This document shows positions 18,213 through 26,235 of a DNA stretch of 64,000 bases, piece by piece (within the stretch, counting starts at the first letter, position 1; every line of letters begins with the position of its first letter). The notes under the pieces were generated by a model. That model had not been told where the DNA came from and made no database searches. It worked only from the letters and a program-made list of their open reading frames with translations. The DNA comes from a virus: positions 1 through 64,000 of IMG/VR virus record IMGVR_UViG_3300033146_000857; one strand, written 5' to 3'. Position numbers and translations under genes: made by a program.

Positions 18213-18754
18213 TAACAACCCATCTATACATAGCTAAATACCTGGCTCGTAGGTACTCTAGAAGCAGTGCACCTTTTGACGATCTATACCAAGAAGGCTG
18301 CATAGGCCTTATAAAAGCTAGTAAAAAATTCGAAGTCGAGCGTGGCTTTAAATTCTCTACTTATGCTACCTGGTGGGTAAGACAAGCTATACTAAGTTCG
18401 CTAACCACTAGTACTAGAACAATAAGACTACCTAGCCATATTGTTCAACTTAAGCTTAAAATATTTAGATTTAGTGAAGCTTACTTAAATCAACATGGTA
18501 AGGAACCTAGTCTAGAGGAAATTGGTACAGAAATAGACCTAGAAGTTCATAAGGTTGAAAAAATCTTGAACCTGCAACTAGAGGTGGACATAGACAACTT
18601 TGAAGCCTTCATGACTAAAGATGAAGATAACGAACTAGAGAAACTTGAAAAGGAGGAAGAGCATGACCATGTGGTAAATAAGTTAACAAACTTGACCCTA
18701 AAAGAGAAGATTGTTATAGGCCTACAGTATGGCCTATTAAGTAAAATTAAGTAA
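18191..18754 (+). CDS. sigma-70-family factor lacking region 4.2
   Basis: DLYQEGCIGLIKA..KF...RGFKFSTYATWWVRQAI (region 2), RTIRLP and region 3; stops after LTLKEKIVIGLQYGL. Confidence 0.9.
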   Translation: MAKEDELVTTHLYIAKYLARRYSRSSAPFDDLYQEGCIGLIKASKKFEVERGFKFSTYATWWVRQAILSSLTTSTRTIRLPSHIVQLKLKIFRFSEAYLNQHGKEPSLEEIGTEIDLEVHKVEKILNLQLEVDIDNFEAFMTKDEDNELEKLEKEEEHDHVVNKLTNLTLKEKIVIGLQYGLLSKIK

Positions 18755-18770
18755 AAGTATCTAGTTAAAG

Positions 18771-18784
18771 ACTTGAGATATAAT
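18771..18784 (+). promoter_or_regulatory. putative promoter
   Basis: acttgagatataat upstream of 18827. Confidence 0.65.
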
Positions 18785-18826
18785 TATTTAACATTTGAGA
18801 GAATGAAATTAAACTAAGGATTAGAA

Positions 18827-19477
18827 ATGGCAAAAGCAAAGATTGAAGATATGGAATTAGAAGCACCTACAAAGAATGTTAAGACAGCAGTAGCTTCAGA
18901 TGAAGAGGTAATTGAAACAGAAGTTTCTGGAAACTCAGCAGTAGCTGTTAGAGGGGCTTCAGCAGTAGCTTCATTAAACACAGGTTTTGAGGGTATAGCC
19001 ACTATAGCTAACTTCATGCCTTATTTTATACTCGATGGTACTGAGCTTTTAAATAAGGTTTCTGAAGAGTCTCATAAGACTATTGAAGTAGTCATTACTG
19101 GTGGAAAGCCTGTATGGCAATTATGGAACATGGAACAAGCGTTGGTAGCTGAAAGTTCTGACGGTGTAACTTCTACTGATGGAGTTAACATGCAGCAGGC
19201 TTTAGCCGAGACAAAGGCTAAGTATCCTGGCCAAGAAGAGAAGATTAAAATTCAAGGTAGATACGATTTATACTTTGACTGGGACTATCCTGAGGATGGA
19301 TCAAAGCTTACTAAAATAAGTTTAAGTCCTTCTAGTAAGTATGCTTTTAGTGCTTATTCACAAGATCTAGCAAAACAAGGCCTAGGTGTAGACAAGGTAA
19401 CTACTTGTATTGGTGCAAAACGTACTGTTTCTAAGCAAGGCTATAGATATTCTTTAGCTACTTTTGAGCAGGCTTAG
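18827..19477 (+). CDS. putative single-stranded DNA-binding / annealing protein
   Basis: Position in the replication block, acidic N-terminus and beta-rich C-terminal half; context-based call. Confidence 0.45.
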   Translation: MAKAKIEDMELEAPTKNVKTAVASDEEVIETEVSGNSAVAVRGASAVASLNTGFEGIATIANFMPYFILDGTELLNKVSEESHKTIEVVITGGKPVWQLWNMEQALVAESSDGVTSTDGVNMQQALAETKAKYPGQEEKIKIQGRYDLYFDWDYPEDGSKLTKISLSPSSKYAFSAYSQDLAKQGLGVDKVTTCIGAKRTVSKQGYRYSLATFEQA

Positions 19478-19479
19478 TC

Positions 19480-19887
19480 ATGAATAAGATAGCTGAAACT
19501 ATCTTAAGTAATCTCCAGCTTAAAGCTGGAGATCTAAATGAAGATGGTAAGTTTTTAAAGGTTGTAGAAGCCTATGAAGGTATTCTAGACAAGCTTGTGG
19601 TTTATGCTGATACTCTAAGTAAGAACCACCGATGTGGCGGATGTGGTAAACATAAGACAGCTATCAGCCATGAGGAAGTGTACGCCTCAGACAGGGCTAG
19701 CTATGCTTCTGAGATCCCCGAGCCTGAAGCTAGACCTTATGCCCAGCCTGAGCATAAAGAGTTTATTGGGCCTATAGATGATCCAGAACCAGGCTTTGTA
19801 CGAGTAAGTACTGAAGTTTCTAGCCCTACCTTAAGTACCCCAGATGGACTTCCTCAGCCAAAAGCCTATCCTAGAGGTGAAAAATAA
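19480..19887 (+). CDS. hypothetical protein
   Basis: 135-aa ORF with a Pro-rich tail. Confidence 0.55.
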   Translation: MNKIAETILSNLQLKAGDLNEDGKFLKVVEAYEGILDKLVVYADTLSKNHRCGGCGKHKTAISHEEVYASDRASYASEIPEPEARPYAQPEHKEFIGPIDDPEPGFVRVSTEVSSPTLSTPDGLPQPKAYPRGEK

Positions 19888-20271
19888 ATGTCTGAGTTTA
19901 TGAAAGACTCTTTGGTAAATTCAAAGCCTAAAATGGCTTTGATACCTCCAGAGTTTAAAATTGATCTAGCTAAACTGCTAACTTTAGGTGGCTATAAGTA
20001 TAACTTTAACAACTGGAAGTTAGCTGCAGAAGATCAGGTAGAAGAATACAGAGATGCTCTAGAACGACACTTGTTAGCTCGTGATTCCGGAGAATACATA
20101 GACAAAGATACAGGTATGCCTCACATAATCTGTGTAGCTTTTAATTCTATGGCTTTACACTATTTTGACCATAAGTTCAAAAATGTAAACGTAGATGAGG
20201 AGTCTTATATAACAAGACTTAAAAATTATAAGGAAAAGAAAAATGCAAGAGACAAAGACCGTATTAGTTGA
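19888..20271 (+). CDS. dATP/dGTP diphosphohydrolase-like protein (DUF5664)
   Basis: KPKMALIP..LT.G..KY...NW...DALERHL....GE..D..TGMPH....FN pattern. Confidence 0.85.
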   Translation: MSEFMKDSLVNSKPKMALIPPEFKIDLAKLLTLGGYKYNFNNWKLAAEDQVEEYRDALERHLLARDSGEYIDKDTGMPHIICVAFNSMALHYFDHKFKNVNVDEESYITRLKNYKEKKNARDKDRIS

Positions 20272-20983
20272 CGTTAATAACTACTTGAAAAGAATCTACC
20301 ATGGTGGTGGAGACCCTTATAGCCTTTTTACTGGTTTAATGAACAAGAATTTATCAAATGAAGTAACTCTTGTTTGTGACACATTTTCATCTAGAAATCA
20401 TAGAAAAAATATTTTAAATACCTATAAGGCTGGTAGACCCCAAGGTGATGATCCTATCTACTGGGAGCTCTATAACAATGCCATAACTATAGGCAGGCAT
20501 TACCCAAATGTAACAGTCATAAATGTGACTGACGGTGAAGCCGATGACTATATCCTATTAAACGCTAAGGCTGGAGATGATGTAATTTCAAATGATAAAG
20601 ATCTATGGCCTTTAATAGCCAAAGACGTGAATATCTTATTAAACGCAACTTCTAAAGTTGATAGACAATTAATAGAAACTAAATTTTATTACCCGGACCC
20701 AGAGTTAATAGTTGCTTATAAATGTCTTGTTGGAGACTCTAGTGATAAGATAATTGGTAAGTACAGATTTGGTATTGCAGCCTATAAAAAATTATCCATA
20801 GATGAACTAAAGTTCTTTCTAGCTTGCCTAAAGAGTGGTATGGAACATGACTTAATTGATGAAAATGTAAAGACTAGTTATGCACTAGTTAAAACATTTC
20901 ACGACATCTCTTATGAGGCTATGGAGCCTTTAGAATTTAGTGACTTAAATAGTTTTTACTCTTCTAAAGGAATAATATGCTAG
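20243..20983 (+). CDS. 5'-3' exonuclease (flap/RNase H type)
   Basis: YKAGR, EADD, SNDKD and GDSSDKI motifs. Confidence 0.9.
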   Translation: MQETKTVLVDVNNYLKRIYHGGGDPYSLFTGLMNKNLSNEVTLVCDTFSSRNHRKNILNTYKAGRPQGDDPIYWELYNNAITIGRHYPNVTVINVTDGEADDYILLNAKAGDDVISNDKDLWPLIAKDVNILLNATSKVDRQLIETKFYYPDPELIVAYKCLVGDSSDKIIGKYRFGIAAYKKLSIDELKFFLACLKSGMEHDLIDENVKTSYALVKTFHDISYEAMEPLEFSDLNSFYSSKGIIC

Positions 20984-22890
20984 TTACATCTAAAAACATA
21001 CAAGAAGCTTTGGATATACTAAAAGAAGACGAAGATGTGATATGGTCTATAGACCTTGAAACATTTTGTCCCATGGATAACTTTGCGCAGATAACAGGTA
21101 AGACTAAGCCTCTAGATAGAATAAACTCTAAGATAGCTTCTTTACAGATAACTACGGCTAAAGAGCATAACTTATATTTTAACTTTGCTCATCTAGATGG
21201 AGACCTAGATTATAAGTATCTTAAAGATATCTTTGAACTAAAACAATCTAACCTACATCTTATAGCTCATAACTTTAACTTTGAGTGGACACTGTTATAC
21301 CTACATGGAGTTGACTTAACTAGGTTTACTTTATGGGATACTATGATAATGGGCTGGTTGAGAAATGAGAATGAGCCTCAAGGACTTAAGCCTAGTATTA
21401 AGAAATATTTTGGGTATGAAATGGCAAGTTATAAAGCTACTGTTGGCGAAGGAACAATGGCTATGATAACTGGAGAAGAAGGTTATGACTATGGTATGGA
21501 TGATGCTATATGGACACTTAAACTTTTCGATTTATACTATGAGTCTATAGATGTTAACTATTATTTAACTTTTGATGAGCCTATAATAAAGTATATAGCT
21601 ATGCACCATGTAAAAGGGCAGCAGGTTAATACTGATATTATAGCTCAGTTTGTAGTAGATGATGAGTCAAAAGCCCAAAAACTACTTAGTGAATTCCCTG
21701 TCTTAAGAGGAGTTAACTTAAATAGTCCAAAACAAATGGCTAACTTACTCTTTAATGAGATGAAACTTCCTCCAGTTAAAGTATCTAGAAAAACTGGTAA
21801 TCCTAGTACAGACAAAGAGACTTTAAATACTCTTATACTAGAACATTCCAAGACTAACCCAGAGTTAGAAGCTTTTGCTGAGATAAAAAAGATAGAAACT
21901 AAGAAAAAATTATACTACAAGCCTTACCCTAGACTAGTTTATCCAGATGGCAGATGGCATAGTGAGATTAGACACTCTGGAACGGTCACTGGTAGATTTA
22001 GCATGAGTAGTCCAAACTTACAACAAATGGCTAAACGTGGTGAGAGTGTTAAAGTGCGAAGAGTCATTGTGCCTAATAAAGAACATGAGTTTATACTGTG
22101 TATTGACTGGTCTCAAATTGAGCTAAGAATGGCTGCTCACATGTCACAAGATCCAAAATTGTTAGACGCCTATAGAACTGAGAAAGACTTACATACGGTT
22201 TCTGGTACTAATATTCTTAACTGCTCTTATGAAAAAATGAAAGAACTACTAGAGACTGGTGACCTAGAAGCCAAAAAGGCTAGGCAAAAGGGTAAAACAC
22301 TAAACTTTGCTGCTCTATATGGCGCAGCTGCAGGTAGACTTAGTAAGTATGATCTATTAGACTGTTCAGTCGGTGAAGCGGAATATTTTTTACAGGCACA
22401 TAAAGAAGGTTATTCTAAGTACTTCTACGACTTTGTTAATGACACTTTAATTGAGGCTAGAAATAAACTTTTTGTAGAAACTATATTCAAGCGTAAGAGA
22501 AGACTTCCAAATTTGACTTCACCTATAAAAGCTCTAAGAATTGATGCTGAACATCAGGCTGTTAATGCTAGAGTTCAAGGTTCTTGTGGAGAACTAATGA
22601 AACTCAGCTTTGCTAGACTTGGTGATGAAGACTTACTATACAATGGTGAATTAGAATTTGTATGCCCAGTACATGATGAATTTGTGTATTCTACTACTCG
22701 TGAAGGAGTACATAAGTATCTAAGACGCATAAAGGAAATAATGGAAATGACTCCTAAAGGTTTCTCAGTTCCTATCATTGCAGCAGCCTCTGTTGGGGTT
22801 AACTTTGCTGACCAAATAGAAATAGAAGATTTAGACAACTTAGACAAGTATCTAGATGAAGCTTTAGCTTATCAATCAAAAGGAAACTAG
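20977..22890 (+). CDS. family A DNA polymerase with 3'-5' exonuclease
   Basis: DLET, AHN, TGRFSMSSPNLQQ, DWSQIELR, KTLNFAALYG and VHDE motifs. Confidence 0.95.
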   Translation: MLVTSKNIQEALDILKEDEDVIWSIDLETFCPMDNFAQITGKTKPLDRINSKIASLQITTAKEHNLYFNFAHLDGDLDYKYLKDIFELKQSNLHLIAHNFNFEWTLLYLHGVDLTRFTLWDTMIMGWLRNENEPQGLKPSIKKYFGYEMASYKATVGEGTMAMITGEEGYDYGMDDAIWTLKLFDLYYESIDVNYYLTFDEPIIKYIAMHHVKGQQVNTDIIAQFVVDDESKAQKLLSEFPVLRGVNLNSPKQMANLLFNEMKLPPVKVSRKTGNPSTDKETLNTLILEHSKTNPELEAFAEIKKIETKKKLYYKPYPRLVYPDGRWHSEIRHSGTVTGRFSMSSPNLQQMAKRGESVKVRRVIVPNKEHEFILCIDWSQIELRMAAHMSQDPKLLDAYRTEKDLHTVSGTNILNCSYEKMKELLETGDLEAKKARQKGKTLNFAALYGAAAGRLSKYDLLDCSVGEAEYFLQAHKEGYSKYFYDFVNDTLIEARNKLFVETIFKRKRRLPNLTSPIKALRIDAEHQAVNARVQGSCGELMKLSFARLGDEDLLYNGELEFVCPVHDEFVYSTTREGVHKYLRRIKEIMEMTPKGFSVPIIAAASVGVNFADQIEIEDLDNLDKYLDEALAYQSKGN

Positions 22891-22891
22891 C

Positions 22892-23707
22892 ATGAGCGCC
22901 TTTGACCTAGTCTATAAAAATGCTCTAGACCACGTGCTAAACACTGGAGTTAAGACCAAAAATAAGCGTACTGGAAGTATCATGTTAGAAACACATGGAT
23001 ATTCATTTGACTACGACATGAGTGTCTTACCAAGGCTGTTCATAAGAAAAACCTGGATTAGTTCTGCTGCGGCTGAGCTAGCTTGGTTTTTATCTGGTAC
23101 AAAAGATGCTACATGGGTAAACAGTCGTACTAATATCTGGAAAGATTTTACTGACCAAGATGGGAATATTCCCACTGCTTATGGCTACAGATGGTCACAC
23201 CTATGGGGATACGACCAAGTTAGCAACATCTTAGTTAAACTTAGAGCTGACCCAACTTCTAGACAACAAGTTTTGTTAACTTGGGATCCTATGAACGACA
23301 ACAGAATAGGCTCTAAGAATATTCCTTGTCCATTTGTCTACGTGGTGAATACTGTAGGAAACAGGCTGAATTTACACTTAACTGTTAGATCAAACGACAC
23401 TTGGTTAGGCTTACCTTATGATGTAATGACTGCTTGTTTGCTTGGTAGAGCTTTAGCCAACAGTTTAAACATTGACCTGGGCAGCTTGCATTATTCAGTG
23501 GCTAATCTACATCTGTATGAAAATCAGTTTGAATTAGCCAAAGAAGCTGTTGATATAGAAATACTACATGATGTGTCTGTGCCTAATGAGTCTTTAAAGA
23601 CTATCTTAGATATAAGATCAGACATGGACAGCTACCATGAAAGCTTCAAATGCCTAGATGAGTATAACTTCTCTGGTTGGAAACCAAAAGTTAATGTGGT
23701 CAAATAA
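22892..23707 (+). CDS. thymidylate-synthase-family enzyme, possibly dCMP-specific
   Basis: ELAWFLSG, AYGYRW, catalytic PC, RSND..LGLPYD (Asp where ThyA has Asn) and HLYEN. Confidence 0.9.
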   Translation: MSAFDLVYKNALDHVLNTGVKTKNKRTGSIMLETHGYSFDYDMSVLPRLFIRKTWISSAAAELAWFLSGTKDATWVNSRTNIWKDFTDQDGNIPTAYGYRWSHLWGYDQVSNILVKLRADPTSRQQVLLTWDPMNDNRIGSKNIPCPFVYVVNTVGNRLNLHLTVRSNDTWLGLPYDVMTACLLGRALANSLNIDLGSLHYSVANLHLYENQFELAKEAVDIEILHDVSVPNESLKTILDIRSDMDSYHESFKCLDEYNFSGWKPKVNVVK

Positions 23708-24128
23708 TTTCTGGATGGACCTAGTCTATAAGTTTGCTACTCAAAGTTACGCTAAGAAGAAAAAAGTAGCTTGTATCTTAGTGAAGAACAAGCATTTTGT
23801 CTCGGCTGGAGTTAACGGAACTTTAAGTGTTTTATCTAACTGCTGTGAAGATAAGCAGGGTAGAAGCATGCACGATGTAGTCGTGCATGCTGAAATGAAT
23901 GCAATAGCCAATGCTAGCAACAAAAATGATATAGCTGGAAGTACTGCTTATCTAAACTATGGACCTTGTGAAAACTGTGCAAAAACCCTCTTACAGTTTG
24001 GAATAAAAAAGCTCTATATAAAAGGGGATATAAAATATCCTGAAGTGATCCAAACGTGTATAGATTATTTAGGAGTAGAAAATGTTGAAATTGAAGAGCC
24101 CTGTGAAGAAGACAGAGACTGGTGTTAG
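23658..24128 (+). CDS. dCMP deaminase
   Basis: HAEMNAI and PCENC zinc motifs; the true start may be 23694. Confidence 0.9.
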   Translation: MSITSLVGNQKLMWSNNFWMDLVYKFATQSYAKKKKVACILVKNKHFVSAGVNGTLSVLSNCCEDKQGRSMHDVVVHAEMNAIANASNKNDIAGSTAYLNYGPCENCAKTLLQFGIKKLYIKGDIKYPEVIQTCIDYLGVENVEIEEPCEEDRDWC

Positions 24129-24393
24129 CAATAAAATAGTTAATAAGCCTTTAAAAATGAGCTTTGGTAGCTCAAAAGAAGTAGATCAAAGCTATAAGAT
24201 TGACCAAATGAAAAATCCTTACATAGAAGAGGCAAAAAGAATGAGTTTGGTTAGGCTGGTAGATATCTGGAAAATAGCCTTTGAAAGGTTGAAAGATAGA
24301 AGACTATTAGGAGATGACCTACTTAGGTATAAGGCTGTAAAATCTATACTAACGTTTAAACACAGAGTCGAACTACCTAAAGATGGTAAATAA
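24082..24393 (+). CDS. hypothetical basic protein
   Basis: ORF with AGGAG RBS. Confidence 0.55.
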   Translation: MLKLKSPVKKTETGVSNKIVNKPLKMSFGSSKEVDQSYKIDQMKNPYIEEAKRMSLVRLVDIWKIAFERLKDRRLLGDDLLRYKAVKSILTFKHRVELPKDGK

Positions 24394-24439
24394 GATTCTA
24401 TGCTTAATCTTGTAGTATAATTTATGAATAGGATATGAA

Positions 24440-24913
24440 ATGGTAGGCTTAATGTTAGCTAATCAACTAAACATAGTTGCTGGCAAAGATGGCAAGATAA
24501 TAGAAGGACCTGTAGAAGATAAGAAGTGGCTTAGAGAAACAATAGCTTCTAAGGTAGTGGTAGTTGGTAAGACTACCTGGGATAAAGATATATCTAAATA
24601 TCCTAAGTTAGTCGAACAAGCACTACTCTGGCTGGTATTGACTACTAAAGCATACCAGCCTGCTGGACACATAAATGTTAAATTTGTGTCCGCCAAAGAA
24701 CTTAAAATCTATAAGGTTAAATACTGCCTAGGAGGTCCTAAGACAATAGAAATACTAAAGCCGGATCGTTTGATAATTCATAGAGTTGTGGATAAAACCA
24801 CTAAAGGAACAAAGATCAACCTTGAGGATTATCTCCTAACTAAATGTAGACGGAGAGACTCTTATACTCAAGAATACTATGATCTAATTAAGGATAAAAA
24901 TGCCAAAGCTTAA
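24440..24913 (+). CDS. divergent dihydrofolate reductase
   Basis: G.DGKI, EDKKW, VVVGKTTW, LVLTT and CLGGPK motifs; weak promoter copy at 24408-24421. Confidence 0.75.
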   Translation: MVGLMLANQLNIVAGKDGKIIEGPVEDKKWLRETIASKVVVVGKTTWDKDISKYPKLVEQALLWLVLTTKAYQPAGHINVKFVSAKELKIYKVKYCLGGPKTIEILKPDRLIIHRVVDKTTKGTKINLEDYLLTKCRRRDSYTQEYYDLIKDKNAKA

Positions 24914-25343
24914 TGATGGTATGGCTAGTCAGAGAATATACCTAGAATTACTAAAGGACGAAATGAAATTTGATATAAACTTTGTAGTGTCAGAATTTGT
25001 GGACACTAGAAAGGCTAGAAATTTTGTTGCCGCAAACCCTTCAGACTTATTTGCATGCTATAAGGCTGCTCCGTGGTTAATAGAGGTTAAATCAACTATC
25101 GATAGAGCTAGATTTCCTATGAAAAATATCAAAGGAACTCAATTTGGTATAGGACGTAGATATAGGTTATCTGGATGGAACTACATGTTTGTTATTCATC
25201 ATGTCTCTTGGGATACTTGGTATTTCGTACCCTTTGACTTTATGTATGAGAAGTCTACCTCTGGTATAAAGTCTTTAAAATGGGAAGACTTAAAGGTGTT
25301 CGCTAAGAACAAAGATCATAAATTTTGGAGTATACATGAGTGA
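24900..25343 (+). CDS. RecU-like PD-(D/E)XK Holliday junction resolvase
   Basis: PSDLF...LIEVKST...FP..NI...Q pattern. Confidence 0.75.
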   Translation: MPKLNDGMASQRIYLELLKDEMKFDINFVVSEFVDTRKARNFVAANPSDLFACYKAAPWLIEVKSTIDRARFPMKNIKGTQFGIGRRYRLSGWNYMFVIHHVSWDTWYFVPFDFMYEKSTSGIKSLKWEDLKVFAKNKDHKFWSIHE

Positions 25344-26235
25344 AACAATTATTATAGGTGATTTACACCTAGACAAGATTAGAAAAGTGACTTACGGTGA
25401 GGCCTCTCTATGGAACGAGCGCCCTTTTAAACTACTGGAGACTATTATAAAAAAGGAGTCTCCAAAGAATATAATCTTTCTTGGTGATATCTTTGACAAG
25501 CATAAGCCAGATAGCCTATCAGTAGTGAAATTTTTAGCTTTACTGAAGGGGATTAATATCTTTATAGTCGAAGGTAATCATGATAGACCAAAAATGGAGC
25601 AAGACTACTGTTTTCAAGAACTAGACAAGTTGGGTAGCATAAACATAATCAGCCGTAATGAGATTAGTTGTTTTATGCCAAACTTTTATGGCCTTGGCTG
25701 GTGTGATACTCAAGAGATGTTTTTATCTAAGTTAGAACTAGTAGTTGATGAAATAGCTGAAGATAGTATTCTATGCTTGCACTGTAATCATAGCGATTGG
25801 CGTAATGAGATGGACAATTACATACCAAATAGTATAATAGAAAAACTTGATGATAAGGGCGTAACTATATTTGCTGGTCATGATCATAGTCATTTTGTAG
25901 CTAAAAATTTTATTAGTCTTGGTTCTATAATGCCTAATAACATAGGAGAACTAGGTGAGAAAAAGTATTGGACTATAAAAGATGGTCTAATTAATATAGA
26001 CCATAGAGTTGGAACTCACAAAGAAGACTTGGTACTACTACTTAGAGAAGAACCAGTTGGTATTATAGAGACAAAAGCCTACTACATAAAGTCTTCAGGA
26101 ACTATAGACACAGAAGATCTTAAGCTTCAGGCAAAGGACCTTCATGTAGACATTTTAGCTGATTTCAATAGAGAAGCTCAAAAAGCAGGCTATGACCTGG
26201 AGTACGTGTCAAAATTTCTAGGAGGAATAGCATGA
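25336..26235 (+). CDS. Mre11/SbcD-like nuclease
   Basis: GDLH, GDIFD, GNHD and GHDH metallophosphoesterase motifs. Confidence 0.9.
   Translation: MSETIIIGDLHLDKIRKVTYGEASLWNERPFKLLETIIKKESPKNIIFLGDIFDKHKPDSLSVVKFLALLKGINIFIVEGNHDRPKMEQDYCFQELDKLGSINIISRNEISCFMPNFYGLGWCDTQEMFLSKLELVVDEIAEDSILCLHCNHSDWRNEMDNYIPNSIIEKLDDKGVTIFAGHDHSHFVAKNFISLGSIMPNNIGELGEKKYWTIKDGLINIDHRVGTHKEDLVLLLREEPVGIIETKAYYIKSSGTIDTEDLKLQAKDLHVDILADFNREAQKAGYDLEYVSKFLGGIA

Noticed and set aside
19888-22890. Z-base (2-aminoadenine) genome
   Set aside because: No PurZ or DatZ-like gene is seen here; DUF5664 alone is not diagnostic.
20977-22890. Intein or intron in the polymerase or helicases
   Set aside because: Motifs are contiguous with normal spacing and no homing-endonuclease or splice motifs were seen.
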